A stretch of 64,000 nt of DNA from positions 2,277 to 66,276 of the forward strand of contig BTQG01000002.1 in assembly GCA_036985755.1 (NCBI GenBank), given 5' to 3'. The notes beneath the pieces are model-generated. The model was not told the DNA's origin and made no database searches. It worked only from the letters and a program-made list of their open reading frames with translations. Both the position numbers and the translations under genes were made by a program. Origin of the DNA: Acidimicrobiia bacterium. Lineage in GTDB: Bacteria > Actinomycetota > Acidimicrobiia > Spongiisociales > UBA5794. Positions 49,086 through 59,162 of the stretch are shown here, piece after piece (the stretch's first letter is position 1; every line of letters begins with the position of its first letter).

Positions 49086-49478
49086 TAGATGGATGGGCAC
49101 GGAACGGCGCAAGCCGATGAGAAGCGGGCTGGGCAATGAGAGGGAGACCGTGAGACCCAGCTCGGGACGTCCTGGGAATCCGGGTCAGTACCATCCGGGC
49201 ATGAGGACTGTCGGCGTGAACTGCGATCCACATCGCGCTCTATTGGCCGTGGCAGAGGACGGTGCGATCGTTGATGGCTACCCCGAGAAACTCGAACCGC
49301 CCGCCGGAACGGATGACGACGATCGACTTCTGGAGTTTGTGGACGACGCGACGCGGGCGTTCTCAGTGATTGAGCCTGAACGAGCCGGGCTGCTCTTGCC
49401 TGAGGCGTCCGATCGCTCGGCTCGCCGGCGAGCTGCCGTCGCAACCGCGCAGCGGATTGACCGAGACGAGGCACATAC

Positions 49479-50588
49479 GTGACCGATCACAGCGACGACG
49501 TCGCCACGGGACAACAAGAAGGGTCTGAAAACCGCTCGCCGGGTGATGTGGCCCATGGGGTGCTCACCCCGGTCGGGAGCCTCATCCGGCGCATACGCGC
49601 TCCCGAGGACTGGACCGAGGAAGAACGCCAGGAGGCTCTGGGCGAGCTGTTTTTCGAAGGGTCCGAATGGATCCCTTATCTCAAGCGGTTTTTTACGCTC
49701 ATAGCCCTGTCGACGAGCATCGCCGCCTTTGGCCTGATCGCAGACTCGACGGCGGTCGTTATCGGAGCGATGCTCATCGCCCCCCTGATGACCCCCATGC
49801 TGGCCATCTCGGCGGCCGTGGTCTACGGGCGACTGGATCGCATCGTGGTGTCAGGGATCGTCGTACTCCTGGGGACGGTGGCTGCCGTGCTGGTCGGCGC
49901 GTTGGTGGCGACGGTGACCGCGGGGACGCTCACATCCACCGATCTTTCAGGCCAGATCTTGTCGAGGACCAGTCCAAGTCTGCTCGACCTGGGCATTGCC
50001 GTAACCGCGGGAATGGCGGCAGGGTACGTCCTAGCACACCGAAAAGTGGGGGCGTCCCTTCCCGGTGTAGCCATCGCCGTGGCACTCGTGCCTCCGCTGG
50101 CAACCATTGGGGTTACGCTGCGACTGGGTGCGACGAGCGAGGCGCAGGGCGCCATGCTCCTGTATCTCACCAACCTGGTGGCGATCGTTCTGTCGGCAGG
50201 CGTTGTGATGGTCGTATCCGGGTTTGTGCCGCGCCATATCCGTGCGATCGCCAAGGGTCATCTCACCGCAGGATTCGTGGTCTCGATAGTGGCGTTGGTT
50301 GTCATCAGCGTTCCGCTGGCTTTCCATACGGTCGAGCAAGTGCGCAATGAACAACTCGAGCGATTGGTGGTCGGGTCTGTTCCGCAGTGGGACGAGAGCG
50401 CCTCGGTGCGGAGCATCAACGTCAGTACCGACGCTGGGAGGGCGGAAATCCAGCTGGGGGTGGCGACCACGGGCGACCCGAAACCGGCATGGGAACTCGC
50501 CGAGCTGATCGCTTCCGGGAGCAGCTTCGATGTCGACCTCACGATCAGGTACCAGAGCGAGTTGGTCGACGCCGCCTCTACCAGATGA
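49479..50588 (+). CDS. DUF389 (TIGR00341) hydrophobic-domain membrane protein
   Basis: An N-terminal soluble part followed by a ~6 TM block with the repeated GxxxG-rich pattern typical of DUF389. Confidence 0.65.
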   Translation: MTDHSDDVATGQQEGSENRSPGDVAHGVLTPVGSLIRRIRAPEDWTEEERQEALGELFFEGSEWIPYLKRFFTLIALSTSIAAFGLIADSTAVVIGAMLIAPLMTPMLAISAAVVYGRLDRIVVSGIVVLLGTVAAVLVGALVATVTAGTLTSTDLSGQILSRTSPSLLDLGIAVTAGMAAGYVLAHRKVGASLPGVAIAVALVPPLATIGVTLRLGATSEAQGAMLLYLTNLVAIVLSAGVVMVVSGFVPRHIRAIAKGHLTAGFVVSIVALVVISVPLAFHTVEQVRNEQLERLVVGSVPQWDESASVRSINVSTDAGRAEIQLGVATTGDPKPAWELAELIASGSSFDVDLTIRYQSELVDAASTR

Positions 50589-51844
50589 TCAGGGCGCTGG
50601 GACTCGTCGCTGCCGTTGTGGCCGTCGCGCTGGTTGTGGCGGCCTGCTCGGCGACCGAGGCGGAGGACGGTCCGGTCGTGACGGTGTTCGGACCATACCG
50701 CGGCACCGACGCAGCTCGTTTTGCGGCCTCGATCGCACCGTTCGAGGCGCGCACCGGCATAGATGTCCGGTACGTCGGGACTGGGTCGCTCGCCGCGGAC
50801 CTCGTCGATCGTATTGCAGAAGGCAACACGCCAGACGTCGCCATGGTCCCGCAGCCGTCCCTTGTCGGGGATCTCGTCGCCATGGGTCAGGTGATTCCGC
50901 TGGGTCCGGAAGGCGTGGCTGCGGTTCGAGCCAATTACGCACCCTCTGCCATCGACCTGATGACGTTTGGCGAGAAGCTGCACGGGGTCCTCTACCGGGC
51001 AAACGTCAAGAGTCTGGTCTGGTACCCGCCCGCCGTGTTCGAAGAGCGCGGGTACGAGGTGCCGGAGTCCTGGGATGATTTGATCACCCTCACAGAACGC
51101 ATGGAGCAAGACGGTCTACAACCCTGGTGCTTCACGCTGGCGTCGTTCGCCGCCACCGGATGGGTAGGGACCGACTGGGTCGAGGACGTGATGCTGCGGC
51201 TCAACGGTCCCGACGACTACCAGGCGTGGGTCGACGGTGACATCTCGTTCGACGATCCGAAGGTACGGCGTTCCTTCGAGCTGTTCGGGGACATCGTGCG
51301 AACACCAGGCAGGGTCAACGGAGGGATCAGGCGGGCCCTCGGTGTGCTGTGGAACGATGCGGCCACACCTATGTTTGCGGATCCGCCGGGATGCCTGCTC
51401 CACCGCCAGGCCTCCTTCTATCGGAGTTCGCTGCCTGCCGGGGTCGTGCTGGGTGAAGACGTCGATGTGTTCGTGCTCCCACCGTTTCAGACCGGAGAGG
51501 CGCCTCCGCTCCTCGTTGGAGGTGACCTGGCGGTTGGTTTCGATGATCGGACTGATGTCCAGGCGTTTCTTGCCTATCTGGCTACGCCGCAGTCCGGGGA
51601 AGCGTGGGCGCGTGCCGGCGGTTACACCTCCCCTCACACCACGTTCGATCCTGACCTGTACACGGATATGTTCGATCGGCGCATCGGAGAGATGCTCGTG
51701 TCCACGGCGGCGGTCGCCTTCGATGCTTCCGACCAGATGCCATCAGCAGTCGGTACAGGAACTTTCTGGAAGGGCATCGTGTACTACGTGCAAACCGGGG
51801 ATCTCGACGGCACCGTGTTGATGATCGAGGAGGGATTCGAGTAA
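50585..51844 (+). CDS. Orphan ABC transporter substrate-binding lipoprotein (family 1, sugar-type)
   Basis: [23 protein letters not shown] (lipobox). The start overlaps the DUF389 stop (ATGA). No permease or ATPase genes are adjacent. Confidence 0.7.
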   Translation: MIRALGLVAAVVAVALVVAACSATEAEDGPVVTVFGPYRGTDAARFAASIAPFEARTGIDVRYVGTGSLAADLVDRIAEGNTPDVAMVPQPSLVGDLVAMGQVIPLGPEGVAAVRANYAPSAIDLMTFGEKLHGVLYRANVKSLVWYPPAVFEERGYEVPESWDDLITLTERMEQDGLQPWCFTLASFAATGWVGTDWVEDVMLRLNGPDDYQAWVDGDISFDDPKVRRSFELFGDIVRTPGRVNGGIRRALGVLWNDAATPMFADPPGCLLHRQASFYRSSLPAGVVLGEDVDVFVLPPFQTGEAPPLLVGGDLAVGFDDRTDVQAFLAYLATPQSGEAWARAGGYTSPHTTFDPDLYTDMFDRRIGEMLVSTAAVAFDASDQMPSAVGTGTFWKGIVYYVQTGDLDGTVLMIEEGFE

Positions 51845-52019
51845 TGAACCCGACCCGGAGAGGCGCGTGAACAGACGCCGACCTACTGGGACCGGGGTTT
51901 CAGAGAGCCGACGACATTGTTCACGGTGGCCGGTCTCCCGCCGCGTTCCGTTGGTCGGGCTGAGCGAGCTACGTTGTCATGTCGGTCGGGGGATTCGCCG
52001 TCGCACTTTCACCGTACGG

Positions 52020-52424
52020 TCAGGCCCCAGCAGCGATGTCACGTCCGTGAGCGGTGAGTGCCCAGATTACGAAGCCACCGATGGTGATCATGATGGCCGA
52101 CCAGACCGGCTGGTAGGGAAGCCAGGCGAAGTTCGCCACCATGCTGGCCACAGCGATGACCACCCCGATGACCCGTGCCCATACCGCTCCGGTGAACAGG
52201 TAGAGCCCGGCCAGGAACACGATGATCCCGCCGATGAGATGGATCCATCCCCAGGTAGTGAGATTGAATTGGAAGATGTAATCGGGGGTGAGCACGATCA
52301 CGTCGTCCTCGAGGATCCCGACCAGACCCGCGATGGCCTGGAAAAAGCCCAAGACGATCATCAGGATCGCGGCGAAGGCAGTCCAACCAACCGCCCACCC
52401 ACTCACATCTTGCTGCGACGTCAT
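52020..52424 (-). CDS. Small hypothetical membrane protein (4 TM)
   Basis: A GAGAGGGGAG SD. It has a ~400-nt leader between it and tRNA-Arg. Confidence 0.55.
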   Translation of the reverse strand: MTSQQDVSGWAVGWTAFAAILMIVLGFFQAIAGLVGILEDDVIVLTPDYIFQFNLTTWGWIHLIGGIIVFLAGLYLFTGAVWARVIGVVIAVASMVANFAWLPYQPVWSAIMITIGGFVIWALTAHGRDIAAGA

Positions 52425-52830
52425 TGCGTCTCCCCTCTCGTTGCGTGAGTTGGATTGTAGCGAGGGACCCGGCGGGTCGCATCACCATGAGGGGACGTGG
52501 GTGGGAGGGGGGCTGCGGATCTCGATGCATTTGCATCACAGGTCGAAGCTACCGGCATGACGAGATAATCCAACCCCCACCCATCCGCAAGCCGCCCATA
52601 TGTGCATTTCGGCCCTCGCCTATGGAGTCTCTCGCCTCCCGATGGCGTCGGCATCACGAGCGTCCCTTCCTGCCACGCGGTCGGGTGCCACCAAAGTGTC
52701 TGAAAGGCGATCAGACGTTCGTCTCGCGGAAGGAGAATGGCTCCCGAGAGTGGCTCCCAAGGGTCCGTTCTCGCGAGAAGCGCCGTGATCCCTACGCGAT
52801 GGAGCCCTTACGCCACAACAGTCTCATCAG

Positions 52831-52904
<74 letters not shown>

Positions 52905-53126
52905 TCGTAACCGACAAGGTAATCCGCGGCGCACCCTACATCCAGGGAAACGACCGGCACCGCGTTTCGCGTTCAGGCTCCAACCTCGATGCGAGTACTC
53001 GCGAGTCTGCGGTACCCGGCCCACGATCCCACGGCGTTCTTGGATCCAATCGCCGAGCAGCCAACTCTCACGACGCTCTCATCTGGCTCCAATCACGACC
53101 TCATCTGCGGTGGCGATCATGCTGGT

Positions 53127-53570
53127 ATGAATCGCACAAACGACGGGCCGGTGGAGGTGGCAGCCCTCCTCCTGTTCGTGCAGGCCGCAATCGCGGTGGC
53201 TCTCTCCGCCGAGGCCGTGGGAGCGGCAATCCTCTTCGGCGGGGCGTCTGCCCCCTCGGCACTGCTCACAGTGGCCGGAACCGTGGCCACCTTTGTGCTC
53301 GTCTCCAAGCTCCACAAGCGTCGCCGACGCGCCCGCCGTTGGGTGATGGCCTTCCAGATCGGCTGGATTGCCCTGGCGCTCGTGGACCTGGCACTCGCCC
53401 TCGCCCTGGCCGGGCGGGGACTGACCCCGGTGGGTTTCTTCACTCGCATGGTGCTGCCGAGCGCCATCTTCTGGCTGTTGCGACGTCCCGAGTCCAGAGC
53501 AGAGTTCGCAACCGGCAAAACCTTCGATACCGCCGGCGCGAGCGGAGAGTTGGAGACGGTCGGCACATGA
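53127..53570 (+). CDS. Small hypothetical membrane protein (4 TM)
   Basis: MNRTNDGPVEVAALLLFVQAAIAVAL... Its stop overlaps the next start (ATGA). Confidence 0.5.
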   Translation: MNRTNDGPVEVAALLLFVQAAIAVALSAEAVGAAILFGGASAPSALLTVAGTVATFVLVSKLHKRRRRARRWVMAFQIGWIALALVDLALALALAGRGLTPVGFFTRMVLPSAIFWLLRRPESRAEFATGKTFDTAGASGELETVGT

Positions 53571-54736
53571 ACGACACCACACTGCTCGACCGCTACGTTG
53601 GCAATCCCATCTACGGGATGGACCCGGAGCACGGGGCCGCTCTCCTGCTGGTGCTGGCGGTGGGACTTGCCGGGCTCCTTGTCTGGATCCTGGCGCGCCG
53701 TGGCCACGCTCGTTTCGAGGCTTTCGCCGCTCGGTACCGAGCATTGCCCTCGAACTACCGCCTGCTCGCCTGGCTTCTCGCCCTCTCAGCCACCGCCAAC
53801 CTTGGCATGGCGCTGGGAGAGTCGCCGGCCGTCGTGTCGTGGTGGCTCGGCGCCGTAGCCGCCGCGCAACTTGTTTCCGCCTGGCTGCTGCTGCACGATC
53901 GGCGGTGGCGGAAGACGACGTCGGTGACTCTGATCGCAGCGCTCACCGTGAACCTCGGCCTTGCCATTGCCGGAGTCACCGTGGACCAGGTCGGCCTCGC
54001 CATCGCCCTCGCCGAGGCCACCGCACTCGCCGTCGTGCTCCGCTCTGTCGAGGGGGGCAAGCTCCGCCGCTCCTTCGCCACGCTCACCGTGGTCGGCGCC
54101 ATTGGACTGACCACCCTTGCCGGGTGGATCGGTGCCGGGGTCGCCGGCTTTGGAGGCGAGAATCTCGGTGAAACCCCGTTCCCCGGAGTACTGCTCCCCA
54201 AGGGCACCGATCGGGCCCCGACCTCGGCCGAGCAAGAGGCGGCGGACCGGGTCTACGCCGAGACCGTCATCGGTATCACCAAATATGAGGACCTCGCAGT
54301 TGCTGCCGCTGCGGGATACCAGGTCGATCAGATCGTCGGGTCCCAATATCACGCCGAGAACCCGATCTTCAAGGCCGACGGTGTGATCCTCGATCCTGAG
54401 CGTCCAGAGACTCTGGTGTACGAGCCGGGGCCCGACGGCCCGATCCTGCTCGGCGCCCTGTACGAGATGGAGTCCATCGGTGAGCCGGGCCCGGCCTTCG
54501 GGGGGCCGATCACCGTGTGGCACGCCCACGACCATATCTGTTTCTCGCTGACGCCTCCGGCGATCGCCGGGTTCGAGTCCCCGCTCGGTGCGTGTCCAAT
54601 CGCGTCGATCTCGGTGCCGATCACCAACGAGATGATCCACGTGTGGACGCTTCCCGGTGTCGAGGATCCTTATGCCGAGCTCGACGAAAACTGGGTAGCC
54701 GACTACATCGAGGGAACGGCGGGCACACAGCACTGA
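53567..54736 (+). CDS. Hypothetical membrane protein (about 6 TM) with C-terminal soluble domain
   Basis: MNDTTLLDRYVGNPIYGMDPEHGAALLLVLAVGLAGLL...; the C-terminal ~180 aa are soluble (..WHAHDHICFS..). Confidence 0.55.
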   Translation: MNDTTLLDRYVGNPIYGMDPEHGAALLLVLAVGLAGLLVWILARRGHARFEAFAARYRALPSNYRLLAWLLALSATANLGMALGESPAVVSWWLGAVAAAQLVSAWLLLHDRRWRKTTSVTLIAALTVNLGLAIAGVTVDQVGLAIALAEATALAVVLRSVEGGKLRRSFATLTVVGAIGLTTLAGWIGAGVAGFGGENLGETPFPGVLLPKGTDRAPTSAEQEAADRVYAETVIGITKYEDLAVAAAAGYQVDQIVGSQYHAENPIFKADGVILDPERPETLVYEPGPDGPILLGALYEMESIGEPGPAFGGPITVWHAHDHICFSLTPPAIAGFESPLGACPIASISVPITNEMIHVWTLPGVEDPYAELDENWVADYIEGTAGTQH

Positions 54737-54893
54737 CACAACGGGCCACGACTGAACCGGGACTTCCCACTTCAGCACCGCGCTGAGAACCGGGTACTCC
54801 CTCGTCATGCCCTCTTTCCAGTTCATCGCGGGTGCTCGGGAGCGATAAGGTGATCCGCCACGCCCCCTCCATCCAGGGAAAGGATCAGCACCG

Positions 54894-56564
54894 GTGAGCA
54901 ACGAGCTCCGATCCCTCGCCGACGAGTACCACCAGTACAACCTCGAACACAACCCGACAGAGGCTCATATGCAAGGCGACTATCGCTATGCCGATCGCTT
55001 CGAGCAGGCGAGCCGGGCGGACGAGGACCGAAGGATCGCCCGGTTGCGAGAGTTCGGTGCCAGGGCCCGGACCATCGACCCCACCACACTCGAGCCCCAA
55101 GACACCCTGACCAGGGAGGTGCTCATCTTCGAGGTCGAAACGAAAGCCGACCTCGAAGAGACCAGGGAGGCGGAGTTCGCCGTCGATCCCATTTTTGGGC
55201 TCCACATCTACGCCCAGCTGCTGCCACCGATGCTATCGGTCCCCGACGCCGATGTGGCGGCGGCGATGGTCGAAAAATGGAAAAGTTACGCCGGCACGAT
55301 CGACCAGATGACCGAGAGATACCGCGAAGGGGTCGCCGCCGGTCGGACGCCGGCACAGTTCGCCGTCGAAGCCGTGATCGACCAGCTCAACGAGTGGTTG
55401 GCGCTTCCCATCGAAAAAGACCCATTGCTGATGACCCAGACGCCACCCGATTTCAGCGATGAACAGACCGCGGAATGGAAGGACGCCCTCGCCGAGGCGG
55501 TCCGCAACTCGGTGCGACCGGCGGTGGAGCGACAACGCAACGCGCTCCGCGACGAGGTGCTGCCCGTGTCCAGACCGAAGGGCAGCGAGGGGCTCTCCTT
55601 TCTTCCCGACGGAGACCTCGTGTACTCCAGGGCCATCCTTCGCTACACGACGCTGCCTATGCAGGCCGCCGAGATCCACCAGATCGGGTTGCAGCAAATC
55701 GCCCGGCTGGCAGATGAGTACCGCCAGCTCGGCCCAGACGTGTTCGGTACCGACGACCTCGACGAGATCTTCGCCAAGCTTCGTGACGATTCGAAACTGC
55801 ACCACAGCTCCGGCGCCGACATCGTCAAGGTCTCGGAGGATGCGTTTGCGAGGGCCAGGAAAGAGATGCCCGACTGGTTCGGAAAGCTCCCCAAAGCGGA
55901 TTGTCTCGTCCAGGAGACCTCGAGCGGCGCCCAGGCGTTCTATTTCCCCGCGGCCGATGACGGGTCACGCCCCGGCATGTTCTTCATGAACACCGCCGAT
56001 CCCTCGTCATGGGGGATCCACGAGGTGGAGTCGACCGCCTTCCACGAGGGTATCCCCGGCCACCACCTCCAGAACGCCATCGCCCAGGAGCTCGGCGACT
56101 CTGTACCCGACTTTCGGCGCCACTTGCACATCGTCGCCTACGGTGAAGGGTGGGGGCTGTATTCGGAGCGGGTCTCCGACGAGATGGGGATCTACGGCTC
56201 CGACCTCGACCGGATGGGGATGGTGGTTGGGGATTCGATGCGGGCCGGCCGGCTCGTCGTCGACACCGGTATGCACGCCCTCGGCTGGTCCCGCCAACAG
56301 GCGATCAACTACCTGGCGGAAAACACGCCGATGTCGATGCACACCATCACCGAGGAGATCGACCGCTACATCGCCTCGATGCCAGGCCAAGCCCTCTCCT
56401 ACATGATCGGTCGTCTCGAGATCCAGCGGATGCGCAGGGAGGCAGAGGAGGCGATGGGCGACCGCTTCGATATCAAGGCATTCCACGACACCGTGCTCGG
56501 CTCGGGCGCCGTGCCCCTAGAGACCCTGGATCGCATGGTGTCGGAGTGGGCGGCGTCGGCATGA
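54894..56564 (+). CDS. DUF885 family protein (predicted metallopeptidase-like)
   Basis: A FHEGIPGHHLQ motif and a globally collinear paralog of the next gene. Confidence 0.8.
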   Translation: MSNELRSLADEYHQYNLEHNPTEAHMQGDYRYADRFEQASRADEDRRIARLREFGARARTIDPTTLEPQDTLTREVLIFEVETKADLEETREAEFAVDPIFGLHIYAQLLPPMLSVPDADVAAAMVEKWKSYAGTIDQMTERYREGVAAGRTPAQFAVEAVIDQLNEWLALPIEKDPLLMTQTPPDFSDEQTAEWKDALAEAVRNSVRPAVERQRNALRDEVLPVSRPKGSEGLSFLPDGDLVYSRAILRYTTLPMQAAEIHQIGLQQIARLADEYRQLGPDVFGTDDLDEIFAKLRDDSKLHHSSGADIVKVSEDAFARARKEMPDWFGKLPKADCLVQETSSGAQAFYFPAADDGSRPGMFFMNTADPSSWGIHEVESTAFHEGIPGHHLQNAIAQELGDSVPDFRRHLHIVAYGEGWGLYSERVSDEMGIYGSDLDRMGMVVGDSMRAGRLVVDTGMHALGWSRQQAINYLAENTPMSMHTITEEIDRYIASMPGQALSYMIGRLEIQRMRREAEEAMGDRFDIKAFHDTVLGSGAVPLETLDRMVSEWAASA

Positions 56565-58240
56565 ACGATGAGCTGAAACGAATCGGCGACGACTTCTGGG
56601 CCTCGACCCTCGAGTCGAGCCCGACCAACGCCACCCTGCTCGGATACCACGACCACGACACCGAGCTCGAAGACCTATCCCGTGAGGTCGAGGACGAGCA
56701 CATTGCCTCCCTCGACGGGTTGGCCGCAGCAGCAGAGGCCATCGATCCGGACTCGCTGACCGCCGACGAGCGGATCAGCCGCGAGGTGTTGATGTTCGAG
56801 GCCTCAACGGCTGCCGACGAGCTTCGCTCCCGAATGGCGGAGTTCGCCGTCGACCCGTTCAATGGGATCCAGGTCGTGTTCCAGCTGGTTGCCGGCCAGA
56901 TCCCGATCACCGAGCCGGAGCACGCCGAAGCGATGGTGGAGAAATGGTCGAAGATGGGCCGCCTACTCGATCAGGCGATCGGGCGACTTCGTCAGGGTGT
57001 GGCCAGGGACCGCACACCACCGGTGGTTGGTACCGAAAAGACCATCGCCCAACTCGACACCTATCTGGCGTCGCCCGTCGAAACGGATGCCCTGGTCAAT
57101 TTGGCGGCACCCCCGCAGTGGAGCGAGGACGAGGTTGCCGAGTGGCGGGGGACCCTCAGCGACCAGGTGCGGTCTGCGGTGCGTCCCGGTTTTGCCCGTT
57201 ACCGCGACGCCATCGTCGATGAGATCCTCCCGGTGGCGCGGCCCCAGGAGCGCAGCGGTATCGTCTGGCTGGAAGACGGCCAGGAGGTATACGAGCGGGC
57301 GATCCGGCGTCATACCTCGCTGCCGTTGACCGCCTTGGACATCCACAACGCCGGCCTTGGCGACATCGCCGAACTCGACGACGAGTACCGCCGACTCGGG
57401 AAATCGGTTCTCGACACCGACGACCGCGCCGCGATCTACGGCAGGTTACGCGACGACAAGGCCCTTCGTTTCGAGGACGCCGATCAGATCGTGGCCGCCG
57501 CCCAGGGCGCCCTTGATCGGGCGAGGGCGGCGATGGGCACGGCGTTCGGACGGTTGCCGAAGGCGCCCTGCGTCCTGGCGGTGGTGCCACCGCTCGGTGC
57601 CGAGGATGCCCCCCTCGCTTTCTACTTCCCGCCGACCGAGGACGGCTCCCGGCCAGGGACCTTTTTCGTCAACACGACGTTCCCGACCACGCGCACACGC
57701 TACGAGTCAGAGGCGCTGGCTTTCCACGAGTCGATCCCCGGCCACCACCTGCAACTGGCGCTCTCTCAGGAAGCCGAGGGCCTTCCCGACTTCCGAAAGA
57801 ACGCGTTCATCACCGTATTCCACGAGGGCTGGGGCCTGTACTCGGAGCGCCTCGCCGACGAGATGGGCCTGTACACGGGTGATCTGGAGCGGCTGGGGAT
57901 TCTCTCGTTCGATTCATGGCGGGCCGGTCGACTGGTGGTCGACACCGGTCTCCATGCGTTGGGCTGGTCGCGGCAGCAGGCGATCGACTACCTCACCTCC
58001 AACTCGCCGCAGGCGCCAAACAACATCGTCAACGAGGTTGAGCGTTACATCGCCTGGCCCGGCCAGGCTCTCGCCTACAAGACCGGCCAGCGCCAGATGC
58101 TTCAGGCCAGAGCCGGGGCAGAGAAGGCCCTCGGGCGCGACTTCGACATCAGCGCATTCCACGACACGCTGCTGGGTTCGGGATCGGTGCCGATGCCAAC
58201 CATGCACCGGCTCATCGACGAGTGGGTGGCGGGCCAGTGA
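56561..58240 (+). CDS. DUF885 family protein, tandem paralog
   Basis: FHESIPGHHLQ. The start overlaps the upstream stop (ATGA). It shares about 45% identity with the preceding gene by eye (..GWGLYSERL.DEMG.Y..D...G.....WRAGRLVVDTG.HALGWSRQQAI.YL..N.P.). Confidence 0.8.
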   Translation: MNDELKRIGDDFWASTLESSPTNATLLGYHDHDTELEDLSREVEDEHIASLDGLAAAAEAIDPDSLTADERISREVLMFEASTAADELRSRMAEFAVDPFNGIQVVFQLVAGQIPITEPEHAEAMVEKWSKMGRLLDQAIGRLRQGVARDRTPPVVGTEKTIAQLDTYLASPVETDALVNLAAPPQWSEDEVAEWRGTLSDQVRSAVRPGFARYRDAIVDEILPVARPQERSGIVWLEDGQEVYERAIRRHTSLPLTALDIHNAGLGDIAELDDEYRRLGKSVLDTDDRAAIYGRLRDDKALRFEDADQIVAAAQGALDRARAAMGTAFGRLPKAPCVLAVVPPLGAEDAPLAFYFPPTEDGSRPGTFFVNTTFPTTRTRYESEALAFHESIPGHHLQLALSQEAEGLPDFRKNAFITVFHEGWGLYSERLADEMGLYTGDLERLGILSFDSWRAGRLVVDTGLHALGWSRQQAIDYLTSNSPQAPNNIVNEVERYIAWPGQALAYKTGQRQMLQARAGAEKALGRDFDISAFHDTLLGSGSVPMPTMHRLIDEWVAGQ

Positions 58241-58331
58241 GTTGCGAACCGTTTCCTCCCCTCGGTGGGCGGAGGCGGAGGCGGCGGCGTCGACCGCTGA
58301 CGATGATTGCCAGGGGCCGTAGGGTCTGCCT

Positions 58332-59162
58332 GTGACGTCATTCAGATTCATCTTCATGGCAGATTGCCAGCTCGGCGCCTACGCCACCTTCAGTGGCATG
58401 AACGAGGAGGACATTGCCGGCTTCGACGCTCGAGAGATGCGAGTCGAGATCGTTCCCAGAGTGGAGGGGTTCGCCTGGGACGCCGAGCGCTATCGCTCGG
58501 CGATCAACATGGCGAACGCAATCCGTCCCGAATTCGTGGTGATGGGTGGTGATATGACCGACGACGCCGCCGACCAGGAACAGGTCGATGAGCTGCTGGC
58601 AATCACCTCCACCCTCGATCCGGAGATTCCCATGCTGTGGGTTCCCGGCAACCACGACGTCGCCGCCGACACGGTGGCCCCGACGATGGCCAGCATCGGT
58701 GCCTACCGCGACGTGTTCGGCGCCGACTATTACGGATTCGACCACGGCGACGTGCGCTTCGTCGTGCTCAACACCGTCGTCATCGATCATCCGGAGAACG
58801 TGGAGGACGAATTGGTCGAGCAGCTTGCATTCGTCGAATTCGAGCTGTCCCGGTCGGCCGAGCACTCGCATACGATCTTGCTCGGCCACCATCCGTTGTT
58901 CCTCGCCTCCTCCGACGAGGCGGATACCTACTGGAACATCCCGGCCGAGCGTCGCAGCACGCTGCTCGACCTCATCCACCGCCACGGGATAACGATCGCC
59001 TTCGCCGGGCATTGGCACCGCAACTCGCTCGCCTACGACGGGGACTTCGAGATGGTGACGTCCGGTCCGGTCGGCTACACGCTGGGTGACGATCCATCGG
59101 GTGTGCGGATCGTGGACGTCGGCCCGGAGCGGATCCTCCACGAATACGTACCCCTCAGCTGA
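58332..59162 (+). CDS. Calcineurin-like metallophosphoesterase
   Basis: GDMTDD, GNHD and GHxH motifs are present. The start is GTG. Confidence 0.8.
   Translation: MTSFRFIFMADCQLGAYATFSGMNEEDIAGFDAREMRVEIVPRVEGFAWDAERYRSAINMANAIRPEFVVMGGDMTDDAADQEQVDELLAITSTLDPEIPMLWVPGNHDVAADTVAPTMASIGAYRDVFGADYYGFDHGDVRFVVLNTVVIDHPENVEDELVEQLAFVEFELSRSAEHSHTILLGHHPLFLASSDEADTYWNIPAERRSTLLDLIHRHGITIAFAGHWHRNSLAYDGDFEMVTSGPVGYTLGDDPSGVRIVDVGPERILHEYVPLS

Noticed and set aside
48765-49482. Track ORFs 48765..49001 (-) and 48943..49482 (+)
   Set aside because: They run across the tRNA-Arg-derived att-like repeat and have no start context. They are likely non-coding.
52800-52830. CUGAUGAG immediately 3' of tRNA-Arg (hammerhead-ribozyme-like core)
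   Set aside because: There is no GAAA box, no helix I/II/III arrangement and no cleavage-site context. It is probably coincidence.
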